Source of the DNA: an uncultured Acidobacteriota bacterium
Lineage (GTDB): Bacteria > Acidobacteriota > Thermoanaerobaculia > Gp7-AA8
Direction: 5' to 3'
DNA length: 64,000 nucleotides
Assembly (NCBI GenBank): GCA_963741955.1
Contig: CAVUKB010000007.1
Location: forward strand, 672,001-736,000
Position numbers and translations under genes: made by a program. The notes beneath the pieces were generated by a model. The model had not been told where the DNA came from. It did not search any database and worked only from the letters and a program-made list of their open reading frames with translations. Of the stretch, positions 20,460-29,575 are shown in pieces (position 1 is the first letter of the stretch; each line of letters starts with the position of its first letter).

Positions 20460-21505
20460 TCGAGCTTTCTCTGAACGTGCCGCTCTCCGAATTCGACCTG
20501 CGGGTCGACACGACGCTCAGCGGCTCGGTAACCGCCGTGGTGGGTCCTTCGGGTGCGGGAAAGACCTCTCTGCTCGAGACGATCGCAGGGCTTCGACCTC
20601 TTGCGACGGGACGCATCGCGGTCGGAGGGAGAACGGTCATGGACTCGGCTCGAGGGGTGGACGTCCCGCCGGAGCGGAGGAGGTTCGGCTACGTCCCGCA
20701 GGACGTCGCTCTCTTCCCGCATCTCGACGTCCGACGGAACATACTCTTCGGGGCGAAGAAGGGCGCCGAGCCCGCCGAGCTGATCGCGATCCTCGGGCTC
20801 GAGCCGCTTCTCCACCGCTATCCGTCGAGGCTCTCCGGGGGCGAGAAGCAGCGGGTGGCGCTCGCGCGTGCGTTGATGACTGCTCCGGATCTCCTCCTTC
20901 TCGACGAGCCGCTCGCCGCGCTCGACCCTTCTCTCAAGGAGCGCGTCGTCCGGCATCTCCGGAAGATCCGCGAGCACGTACGGATTCCGATGATCTACGT
21001 CACGCACCAGATCGTCGAAGCGCTCGCCCTGAGCGACGAGACGATCGTCCTTTCGCGAGGAGAAGTGGTCGCTGCCGGCAAATCGAGCGAGGTGTTGCGG
21101 CGGGCTTCGGTCGCCGGAAGCGAAGCGCTGGAGAATGTCTTCGAGGTCGACGATCCGGTGTCGGAGCCGGAGGGAGGAACGGTGAGGGTGCGGACGCGCG
21201 AAGGAGTCTCTCTCGTCCTTCCGTCGGATCTGGTGAGTGCGGCCGAATTTCCGATCGCGGTCCGGATCAGCGGGGAGGAAGTTCTGCTGTTCGCCGAGGA
21301 GCCGAGGGCGGTCTCCGCGCGCAACGTCCTGAGCGGTATCATTCTCGGAATCGAATCCAGCGACGGAATTGCGGACGTGACGATCGATGCCGTCTCCCTC
21401 CTGCGAGTCCGGATCACGGCCTCCGCGGCCGCGGATCTCCGGTTGGAGGAGGGGAAGAGAGTGTGGGTGGCGTTGCGGAGCCGTTCGTTCCGGATCGTCG
21501 GTTGA
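20456..21505 (+). CDS. modC: Molybdate ABC transporter ATPase with TOBE domain
   Basis: GPSGAGKT, GYVPQD..LFPHL, LSGGEKQRVA, LLLLDEP, SARN. Confidence 0.93.
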   Translation: MIELSLNVPLSEFDLRVDTTLSGSVTAVVGPSGAGKTSLLETIAGLRPLATGRIAVGGRTVMDSARGVDVPPERRRFGYVPQDVALFPHLDVRRNILFGAKKGAEPAELIAILGLEPLLHRYPSRLSGGEKQRVALARALMTAPDLLLLDEPLAALDPSLKERVVRHLRKIREHVRIPMIYVTHQIVEALALSDETIVLSRGEVVAAGKSSEVLRRASVAGSEALENVFEVDDPVSEPEGGTVRVRTREGVSLVLPSDLVSAAEFPIAVRISGEEVLLFAEEPRAVSARNVLSGIILGIESSDGIADVTIDAVSLLRVRITASAAADLRLEEGKRVWVALRSRSFRIVG

Positions 21506-21524
21506 GGTGGAGGAGGAGAGTGCC

Positions 21525-21764
21525 ATGAAGCTCCCGTGGAATCTGACCAGCGATGAGATCAGGGTGATGCAGGAGTTCCGGCTGCGGAAGAGCGAAGAGC
21601 TGTCACCGGACGAGATCGCTGCGATCAGACACCCGGCCGGAGGAGGGGTTGCTCCTGCGCAGTCGCTGGTCCGGAAGGGGTACCTGGACGAAGACGAAGA
21701 AAGTGGGCATTTTCGGCTCCGGCAGAGAGCGAAGGACTTTCTGGCAATCGATTACGTGCCGTGA
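21525..21764 (+). CDS. Small hypothetical protein, possibly winged-helix
   Basis: Strong GGAGGAG RBS; 79 aa ending SLVRKGYL...FRL. Confidence 0.65.
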   Translation: MKLPWNLTSDEIRVMQEFRLRKSEELSPDEIAAIRHPAGGGVAPAQSLVRKGYLDEDEESGHFRLRQRAKDFLAIDYVP

Positions 21765-21879
21765 AGTGGCAGGTCTGCAGATTCGTTTCACCGGATACGT
21801 GCGCCAAATGCTTGATGACATGGCACTTACGGGCGCAGGTGGAGCGCACTCCAGCCGGGCTCGCTTCCGCTAAGGCTTG

Positions 21880-21908
21880 TTGACGGAAGGACTTATCCGG
21901 TTTACGAT
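21880..21908 (+). promoter_or_regulatory. Sigma70-type promoter
   Basis: TTGACG-N17-TACGAT, followed by GAGGT RBS and ATG at 21926. Confidence 0.6.
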
Positions 21909-21925
21909 GAGTGCGAGGTTTCCAG

Positions 21926-22384
21926 ATGAAAGGTGGCCAGAAGTCGGAGAGGCAATCAGGCAAATCCGTAAAGAAAGCATCCGATGAAAAAAGCCGAAAA
22001 AACGAAAACCTCCGCCAGAAAAGCTCCAAAGAAGCCGGCAAAAGCGGCAGCAAAAAAGGCCGTAGCGGCCAGGCCGTCTCGGCCAAAAGCGGCCCGGCCG
22101 GCAAAAAAAGCGCCCGCAAAGCCAGCCCGAAAGGCGGCAGCAAAGCCGGCAAAGAAAGCAGCCGCAAAAAAGCAGCCGCAAAAGCAACCGGCCAAGGCGG
22201 CGCCTCGAAAGGCCGCACCAAAAAAAGCGCGGCCGGTGGCAGCCGAACCGTCGCAGCAGCCGCCGGCCGAACGACGAAGCGAAGCGCCGCCGAAACCCCA
22301 GGCTTCAGTAATCCAGCGATCGCCGCAGCATTCAAGCGTGCAATCCGAAAGTACCCCGCCGCCTTTCGACGGCTCACGGACTAA
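21926..22384 (+). CDS. Basic low-complexity protein with C-terminal Phd/antitoxin-like helix
   Basis: RBS and promoter upstream; ends AFKRAIRKYPAAFRRLTD directly before a Doc domain; overlaps the next ORF in another frame. Confidence 0.55.
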   Translation: MKGGQKSERQSGKSVKKASDEKSRKNENLRQKSSKEAGKSGSKKGRSGQAVSAKSGPAGKKSARKASPKGGSKAGKESSRKKAAAKATGQGGASKGRTKKSAAGGSRTVAAAAGRTTKRSAAETPGFSNPAIAAAFKRAIRKYPAAFRRLTD

Positions 22385-22826
22385 TGCCGCTGCGGTTCGC
22401 TATCTCACTCCTCAGGACGTGATCGAGCTGCATCGAGCGGTCTCCACCGAGTACGGTGGAACGCACGCACAGCCTGGTGCGCTCGCTTCGCAGTTCGGAC
22501 TCCAGAACGCCATCCAGCGACCGCAAGCGACCATCATGGGCCGCGATGCGTACGCCACGCTTCCGGAAAAGGCAGCGGCGTTCTTCTTCGCGCTCCTTCA
22601 GAACACGCCGTTCGAGACGGGAAACCGGCGTGTCGCTCTGGCATCGCTGGTCGCATTCTGTGAGGTGAACCGCTGTCAGATCGACGGACGGGCGATCGAC
22701 GAGAAATCGCTCGAGAATCTCGTCAAACGCGGTGCGAGCTACCGCGAGCAGGGTGTTCCGCCCGAGGTCGTGTTCGCGGAGATCCGGGAGGCGATGTCGC
22801 GCGCGATCGTACCGATGAGCTCCTGA
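21984..22826 (+). CDS. Histone-H1-like Lys/Ala/Pro region in frame with a Doc/Fic domain (domain from about 22395) carrying a degenerate active site
   Basis: AKKAPAKPARKAAAK repeats; RYLTPQDVIELH, LQNAIQRP, YATLPEKAAA, NTPFETGNRRVA versus canonical NHPFxDGNKR. Confidence 0.75.
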   Translation: MKKAEKTKTSARKAPKKPAKAAAKKAVAARPSRPKAARPAKKAPAKPARKAAAKPAKKAAAKKQPQKQPAKAAPRKAAPKKARPVAAEPSQQPPAERRSEAPPKPQASVIQRSPQHSSVQSESTPPPFDGSRTNAAAVRYLTPQDVIELHRAVSTEYGGTHAQPGALASQFGLQNAIQRPQATIMGRDAYATLPEKAAAFFFALLQNTPFETGNRRVALASLVAFCEVNRCQIDGRAIDEKSLENLVKRGASYREQGVPPEVVFAEIREAMSRAIVPMSS

Positions 22827-22906
22827 CTGGCCGAATCGGTGCGTCGAATGCGGCGCGAGTTTCCCTGGCGGGCTGGAGTGGTCCATAATTCGGTACGGGT
22901 GAACCC

Positions 22907-24301
22907 ATGTCCGATTCCACGTCCTTGCCGGCGCGACTGATCCCACTGTTGATCGCCTTGAGCCTTCTCTTTCCCCTCTCCGGGATTGCGAAGGTCATCA
23001 GGATCACCATCGACGGCCCGATTCATCCCATCGTCGAGGAGTACGTGGAGCGTGCGGTTGCGGCGGCGGAACGTGAGAAAGCGGATGCGCTTCTGATCGA
23101 GCTGCGTACGCCCGGCGGACTCGAGTCATCGACGCGGAAGATCGTCCACCAGATCGTGAGCTCGCCGGTGCCGGTCATCATCTGGGTGACTCCGAGCGGA
23201 AGCCGCGCCGCATCGGCGGGATTCTTCATTCTCGAATCGGCAGACGTGGCTGCCATGGCGCCCGGGACGAACACCGGAGCCGCGCACCCGGTCCTTCTCG
23301 TCGGTCAGGACAAGATCGACGACGTGATGAAAAAGAAGATCGAGAACGACTCGGCGGCTTTCATGCGCTCGATCGCCTCGAAACGCGGCCGGAACGTGAA
23401 GATAGCCGAGAGCGCGGTGCGTGAGTCGACTTCGATGACTGACGAGGAAGCGCTGAAGGACGGCGTGATCGACTACGTCGCCCGCGATCAGAAGGAGCTG
23501 TTCGCGAAGGTCTCCTCGAGACCGGTGCGGCGGTTCGATGGATCGACGGTGAAACTCTCGCTGGTCGGAGATCCGGTCGAAGATCGCGGGATGACGCTCA
23601 AGCAGCGGCTCCTCGCATATCTGATGGATCCGAACATCGCGTTCATCCTATTCTCGGTGGGGATGCTCGGCATCTGGGCGGAGCTGAGCCATCCGGGCGC
23701 CATCTTCCCCGGAGTGGTGGGAGGGATCGCGATCCTCCTCTCCGTCTTCGCCTTCAATCTGCTTCCGACCAGTTACGCCGCCGTCCTGCTCATCGTCGCG
23801 GCGTTCGTCCTCTTCGCTCTCGAAGCGAAGTTCGCCAGTCACGGAGTGCTCGGAATCGGAGGAGTCGTCTGCATGGTCTTCGGTGCGCTGCTGCTCGTTG
23901 ACGGACCGATTCCGGAGATGCGGGTGAAGCTGATCACCGCGCTCGCCGTGAGCATTCCCTTCGGTATCATTGCCGTCTTCCTGATGAGTCTCGCGTTGAG
24001 GGCGAGACGGGGACGGGTGGTCACCGGCGAACAGGGGATGATCGGCGAAGTGGGTGTGGCCCGCACTCCGCTCGATCCGTCGGGCAGAATTTTCGTTCAC
24101 GGAGAGCTCTGGAATGCGCGCTCGATTCAACCCGTCGGAACCGGATCGAAGGTGATCGTCACCGCGATCGAGGGACTCGAACTGACTGTCGCGCCGCTCA
24201 TCGAAACCATTCCCGCGGCCGGAGGAGGGGAAACTTCCTCGAAACCCCCGCAGCCCCCGGCGGAAGCGCATCCGTCGTCGGGAACTTCCGGTCCTAACTG
24301 A
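22907..24301 (+). CDS. nfeD: NfeD-family membrane-bound serine protease, long form
   Basis: LRTPGG, RAASAG, MAPGTNTGAAHPV, multi-TM core, C-terminal GELWNA. Confidence 0.92.
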   Translation: MSDSTSLPARLIPLLIALSLLFPLSGIAKVIRITIDGPIHPIVEEYVERAVAAAEREKADALLIELRTPGGLESSTRKIVHQIVSSPVPVIIWVTPSGSRAASAGFFILESADVAAMAPGTNTGAAHPVLLVGQDKIDDVMKKKIENDSAAFMRSIASKRGRNVKIAESAVRESTSMTDEEALKDGVIDYVARDQKELFAKVSSRPVRRFDGSTVKLSLVGDPVEDRGMTLKQRLLAYLMDPNIAFILFSVGMLGIWAELSHPGAIFPGVVGGIAILLSVFAFNLLPTSYAAVLLIVAAFVLFALEAKFASHGVLGIGGVVCMVFGALLLVDGPIPEMRVKLITALAVSIPFGIIAVFLMSLALRARRGRVVTGEQGMIGEVGVARTPLDPSGRIFVHGELWNARSIQPVGTGSKVIVTAIEGLELTVAPLIETIPAAGGGETSSKPPQPPAEAHPSSGTSGPN

Positions 24302-24390
24302 ATCCGTCCCGCTCCCATGGCCGCCATCGCGCGGCCGATACGTGAAACGGGGTTGCCTCGCGCAATGCGATCCCGAACAGAGGAGGTTTC

Positions 24391-25167
24391 ATGCCGCTCG
24401 GATTGCTGGTCTTCTTTTTCATCCTGTTTCTCTATCTGGTCAGCTCGATCAAGATCCTCGCGGAGTACGAGCGCGGGGTCATCTTCCGCCTCGGACGTCT
24501 GCTCGGTGCCCCAAAAGGTCCAGGTCTGATCCTGGTGTTCGCTCCGATCGACCGGATGGTGCGCATCTCCCTGCGTCAGGAGGCGCTCGAGGTTCCACCT
24601 CAGGACGTGATCACCCGCGACAACGTGACGATCAAAGTCAACGCGGTCATCTTTCTGCGGGTCATCGATCCGAGCAAGGCGGTGGTCGAGGTCTCGAATT
24701 ACGTCTATCAGACCTCGCAGTTCGCGCAGACGACGCTCCGTTCCGTGCTCGGGGAAGTCGAGCTCGACGAGCTCCTCTCGAACCGCGAAGCGTTGAACGT
24801 GAGGATCCAGGCGATTCTCGACATGCACACCGCCCCCTGGGGCGTGAAGGTGATCAACGTCGAGGTCAAGCAGGTCGATCTTCCGGAGCAGATGACGCGT
24901 GCGATGGCCAAGCAGGCCGAAGCCGAGCGTGAGAAGCGATCGAAGATCATCCACGCCGAGGGTGAGTTCATGGCCGCTCAGCGCCTCGCCGACGCAGCGA
25001 AGGTACTCGCCACCGAGCCGATCACCATCCAGCTCCGGTATCTGCAGACGCTGACGGAGATCGGGGTGGAGAAGAACACCACCATCGTCTTCCCTCTCCC
25101 GGTCGACCTTCTGGCGGGACTCTCGAATCTCGGAGTTTCGAACGCCGACGGCACGTCCAGGACCTGA
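24391..25167 (+). CDS. SPFH / stomatin-like (slipin) protein
   Basis: [51 protein letters not shown]. Confidence 0.94.
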   Translation: MPLGLLVFFFILFLYLVSSIKILAEYERGVIFRLGRLLGAPKGPGLILVFAPIDRMVRISLRQEALEVPPQDVITRDNVTIKVNAVIFLRVIDPSKAVVEVSNYVYQTSQFAQTTLRSVLGEVELDELLSNREALNVRIQAILDMHTAPWGVKVINVEVKQVDLPEQMTRAMAKQAEAEREKRSKIIHAEGEFMAAQRLADAAKVLATEPITIQLRYLQTLTEIGVEKNTTIVFPLPVDLLAGLSNLGVSNADGTSRT

Positions 25168-25267
25168 ACATCGTTTCGCGAGTTGGCGGAGCATTCGCCC
25201 GTTGCGGTCCGGCGTTCGCGCCGGACCGCGTGCGCTCTCGCGCCGCTCTCATCCGCGCACCGGTTGA

Positions 25268-25606
25268 TCAGCTCTGAGTCGTTCTCTTGCGGCTTTCGTA
25301 GAGAATCATCAGGTTCCGTGCGTACAGGAACGGGAGGAAGAGATACCCGAGGATCACCGGCAGCTTGTCGACGTGGAAACCGTAGACGAGCGAGATCAGG
25401 CTCCCCCATAGGCTCAGGTGCCAGAAAATCGGAGGGACGATCAGTTCCTTCTTCTTCTCCGAATGCAGCCATTGAATGATGAAGCGGGAACTGAAGAGGA
25501 AATTGCCGAGCAGACCGAAGACGGTCCACCAGAGCGAGTCGCGATAGAACCATTGAAAATGCGGTCCGATGAGCGGTTCGAGAAAGCCGCCGGGTCCTGC
25601 CTGCAT
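25268..25606 (-). CDS. Lipid A biosynthesis N-terminal (LAB_N) domain membrane protein
   Basis: GLLGNFLFSSRFIIQWLHSEKK..VPPIFWHLSLWGS..YARNL. Confidence 0.85.
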   Translation of the reverse strand: MQAGPGGFLEPLIGPHFQWFYRDSLWWTVFGLLGNFLFSSRFIIQWLHSEKKKELIVPPIFWHLSLWGSLISLVYGFHVDKLPVILGYLFLPFLYARNLMILYESRKRTTQS

Positions 25607-25728
25607 GTGGGATCCTCCGTCGAGATTCGGGAGATGGTATCGGATTTGTCCCCGACGGCGCACTCGGGTATCCCTTCGCCGACTCGACATTTTGGGCGCG
25701 TAATGTGCAGGAAAGCGGGCGGAACATC

Positions 25729-27723
25729 ATGTCCGAGCGACCTTCTTCCCGTCTCTCCGCGCCCGAAGAGCTCAGTCTCTTCGTCGTGAACGTGCTCGAC
25801 TATGCGGTGGTTCTCCTCTCTCCGGACGGTGAGATCCGTTCGTGGAACGCGGGCGCCACCCGCATCATGGGATACGAGGCGACCGAGGCGCACGGACGGA
25901 ACTTTTCGATCTTCTACGGACCGGAGGACCTTGCCCGGAGAAAGCCCGAGAACGAGCTCCGGGATGCCGCGGAATTCGGACGGATCGAGGACGAAGGGTG
26001 GCGCATCCGGAAGGACGGCACCCGCTTCTGGGCCAACACCACCATCACTGCGCTGAAGAACAGTGATGGGAGTGTCCGGGGATACCTGAAGATCACGCGC
26101 GACCTGACCGAGCGCCGCGAAGCGGAGGAGCAGCTCCGGCGGAGCGAGGAGATGTTCCGCCTCCTGGTGGACAGCGTCCAGGACTACGCGATCTTCATGC
26201 TCGACCCGGAGGGGAACATCAACAGCTGGAACCACGGAGCGCAGCGCATCAAGGGATACCGACCCGAGGAGATCATCGGCAGGCATTTTTCCGTCTTCTA
26301 CACTCCTGAAGACCGGAAGGCTCGAAAGCCGGAGCGGAATCTCGAGAACGCAATCAGGCACGGCCGCTTCGAAGAGGAAGGATTGCGGGTCCGGAAGGAC
26401 GGCACACGCTTCTGGGCCAATGTCGTCATCACTGCGGTACACGACGACACGGGAGTGCTTCGAGGGTTCGCGAAGGTGACTCGTGACGTGACGGCGCGGC
26501 GCGAGGCTGAAGAGACGCGGCGCCGCCTTCTCGAGCAGCACGAGGCGCGTCTCCTCGCGGAGGAGGAGAAAAATCACGCCGAGACCGCATACCGGGCGGC
26601 CTCCGAGGCGAACCGCGCCAAGGACGAGTTCCTGATGACTCTCTCCCACGAGTTGCGGACGCCGATGACCGCGATCCTCGGCTGGTCCCGGATGCTCCCG
26701 GCCATGAAGCAGGGCGATCCGATGTTTCGCGAAGCGATCCAGTCGATTGCACGGAGCGCGACCCTGCAGGCGAAGCTGATCGACGACGTCCTCGACGTCT
26801 CGCGCATCGTTTCAGGCAAGCTGCAGTTGTCTCCCGAGAACGTGGAGATCGTGCCGATCCTGAAGGCTTCGATCGACGCCGTCCGGCCAAGTGCGGAGGC
26901 ACGAGGAATCGATCTGGTGAGCACGTTCTCGCCTGACGTCGGAATGGCCACGGTCGATCCGGTCCGGCTTCAGCAGATCGTCTGGAATCTCCTGGCGAAC
27001 GCGGTGAAGTTCACCCCGAAGGGGGGGCGGGTCGAGCTCGCCGCCTCGCGCACCGATCCCGATCTCCGGATCGACGTCAGCGATTCGGGAGAGGGAATCG
27101 ATCCCGAGTTTCTTCCCCACATGTTCGAGCCGTTCCGACAGGCCGAGACTCCGTCGACGCGCGTGCATGGAGGTCTGGGACTCGGCCTCTCCATCGTGCG
27201 CTACCTCACCGAGGCGCACGGAGGAAGGGTGTGGGCGGAGAGTGATGGACACGGGAAAGGGGCGCGTTTCTCCGTCGCGCTTCCGATCCGGGCCGTCCAG
27301 TCCGGAGCACCCGAGGAACCTTCCGGACCGCCTGTCGAAGAGTCGACTCCCCTCTCCGGTCGGCGGATTCTGGTCGTGGACGACGACAGAGAAGGGCGGA
27401 TGCTGGTCGCCACGGCGCTCCGACTCGCGGGAGCGGATGTAGAGGCGGTCGACTCGGCGTACGTGGCCATCGAGTACCTCGAGAAGCAGCGGCCGGACGT
27501 GGTCATCACGGACATCGCAATGCCCATGATGGATGGGCATACACTGCGAAAGGAGATCCGGAGCCGCGAACATCTCGCCGGAATGAAGATTGTTGCACTC
27601 ACCGCGTTCCCGCCCACGAAGTCGGGAAGTGACGAGAGCGACTTCGACGAGTATCTACGGAAGCCGATCGACCCGTACGAGCTGTCGGAGCGTATCCGCC
27701 AGTTGCTGCTGCGCTCCGCGTGA
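25729..27723 (+). CDS. PAS-PAS hybrid histidine kinase with receiver domain
   Basis: Two DYA..L.P.G.I.SWN.GA / RKDGTRFWAN repeats; LSHELRTP, NAVKFT, GGLGLGL, VVDDD, TDIAMP. Confidence 0.94.
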   Translation: MSERPSSRLSAPEELSLFVVNVLDYAVVLLSPDGEIRSWNAGATRIMGYEATEAHGRNFSIFYGPEDLARRKPENELRDAAEFGRIEDEGWRIRKDGTRFWANTTITALKNSDGSVRGYLKITRDLTERREAEEQLRRSEEMFRLLVDSVQDYAIFMLDPEGNINSWNHGAQRIKGYRPEEIIGRHFSVFYTPEDRKARKPERNLENAIRHGRFEEEGLRVRKDGTRFWANVVITAVHDDTGVLRGFAKVTRDVTARREAEETRRRLLEQHEARLLAEEEKNHAETAYRAASEANRAKDEFLMTLSHELRTPMTAILGWSRMLPAMKQGDPMFREAIQSIARSATLQAKLIDDVLDVSRIVSGKLQLSPENVEIVPILKASIDAVRPSAEARGIDLVSTFSPDVGMATVDPVRLQQIVWNLLANAVKFTPKGGRVELAASRTDPDLRIDVSDSGEGIDPEFLPHMFEPFRQAETPSTRVHGGLGLGLSIVRYLTEAHGGRVWAESDGHGKGARFSVALPIRAVQSGAPEEPSGPPVEESTPLSGRRILVVDDDREGRMLVATALRLAGADVEAVDSAYVAIEYLEKQRPDVVITDIAMPMMDGHTLRKEIRSREHLAGMKIVALTAFPPTKSGSDESDFDEYLRKPIDPYELSERIRQLLLRSA

Positions 27724-28399
27724 AGCCCGCGAGCCGCGAGCGCAGCGACCGGCGAAGACATCCCTCACATCGCGGGGCTCTCCGCACCGTACGTTCGCTC
27801 CACAGATCGTGTCGAGAGGCATTCCACCGACTGTGCTCATTTGTAGGCGGGAGAGCTCTGACCGCGGTACCTCACATTTCAACGTGACGCTCGCATCACG
27901 CACAGAGGTGATGCGGCGACAATGGGCGGCCGATTCGTCGGAAGTATCGACCGGCGAACCGACGTAACCCTCGCGACGCCCGGAAGATGGGCGATATCGA
28001 TGTGTGAAGACGTGCCGCCGCGCGCACCTGAAGCGGGTCGCTTCCCGCCGTTGTGCAATGCAGCGGGTCCCCCTCGTTTCGGTTGCGTGATGCATTTGGA
28101 TCAATACAATCGACTCTTCGGGATGCCGTAGCGCATAGCTTCCGACTCGGCGTGCGTGTTGATCGACAGGACACAGGACTCATGAGTCTCCCGCCTTCAA
28201 CGGTTTTGAATCCGGTGAGCGACTGGACCCGCTCGCATCGGACAAACGACTCCTGCCGGACCTCGCACCCTCCAACGTTCGACACCTTCACCTTCGTCTC
28301 ACGGACTGCCGCGCCCTCCCGTCGCGGCCTGCTGTCGGAGAGGCTCTCGCGTATGTGACGAGCACAATAAGGACGAAGAAACAATCAGGAGACTCGGAC

Positions 28400-29029
28400 A
28401 TGGGAGAAAGCAAGACGGAAACGATCACCATCACCGACACGACGGCCAACCCCGCGCCACTCGGTCTACTCGCATTCGGCGTCACGACAGTTCTGCTGAA
28501 CATGCACAATGCCGGCTGGTTCGGCATGTCCAGCATGATCCTGTCGATGGGAATCTTCTACGGCGGAATGGCCCAGGTCTTCGCCGGCTGGATGGAATGG
28601 AAGAAGGGCAATACTTTCGGCACGGTCGCGTTCACTTCGTACGGCCTGTTCTGGTTGTCGCTGGTTTTCCTGCTTCTCGCGCCGAAGTGGGGATGGACCG
28701 ACGCCCCCGCAGGAATGATCGAATACCTGTTCATGTGGGGACTCTTCACGTTCGTCCTCTGGATCGCGACGCTGAAGCACAATCGCGGATTACAGGTCGT
28801 CTTCTTCACTCTATTCATTCTCTTCTGGCTTCTCGCTCTCGGTGATTACACCGGCAACGCGGCGCTGAAGACGTTCACCGGATACGAAGGAATCTTCTGC
28901 GGACTCTCCGCGATGTATCTCGGCTTCGCACAGGTACTGAACGAGACGTACGGGAGGACGGTCCTCCCGATCGGCATGCCGAAAGCCGCAGCCGCTCCGA
29001 TCCCTGCGCCTGCAGCGGGCAACGCCTGA
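28400..29029 (+). CDS. satP: Acetate uptake transporter (SatP/YaaH/GPR1 family)
   Basis: [29 protein letters not shown]. Confidence 0.9.
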   Translation: MGESKTETITITDTTANPAPLGLLAFGVTTVLLNMHNAGWFGMSSMILSMGIFYGGMAQVFAGWMEWKKGNTFGTVAFTSYGLFWLSLVFLLLAPKWGWTDAPAGMIEYLFMWGLFTFVLWIATLKHNRGLQVVFFTLFILFWLLALGDYTGNAALKTFTGYEGIFCGLSAMYLGFAQVLNETYGRTVLPIGMPKAAAAPIPAPAAGNA

Positions 29030-29170
29030 CGAGCGGCGATAGTCGGCAATGTCTGACGGTCACGTCGCCCGGCTCGATTCCGGACGGACCAACCGGACAG
29101 GCCCGGGGTCTGCACGAATGCGGGGGCGGAACGCTCTCCGCTCCCGCATTTCGGCCAAGTGGCACGAGGC

Positions 29171-29227
29171 CATGCTGCGGTCGCGCATGTGCCGTGATCC
29201 GCGCGGCGGATTACGAATCCGCACTCC
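29171..29227. repeat. Isolated copy of the REP-like hairpin family
   Basis: GCGGATT-acg-AATCCGC-actcc, with flank matching about 47156-47213. Confidence 0.65.
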
Positions 29228-29575
29228 AACGGGGCGGGAGTGTGGAAGCTGCCGAGGAGCGAGAAACGGAGCGTGACCGGCTCGGTGGTCTCGTAGCGCG
29301 AGCTCCGAGACGAGATCTCGGACGGAGCTCCGCCAATGGAGGCTTGCGGATCGCATCTCGTCCGGGGAACGCGTTGACGTCAGAACGGCGGTGGCCCGTG
29401 CAGGATCGTTTCCTGTCTGCTGCGGCTCGGGGGCACGTCTCGCGCCGCCTGGCTGGGATTCCGTGGCTCTGAGCAGCCAATTCCCCAATGCGCGAACTCG
29501 CCGAAGTGGACATAATGCACTCGACGGAACCCGCGACCGGCCATTCCGTCGACTTCGTCGATTCCGAGGAGCTTC

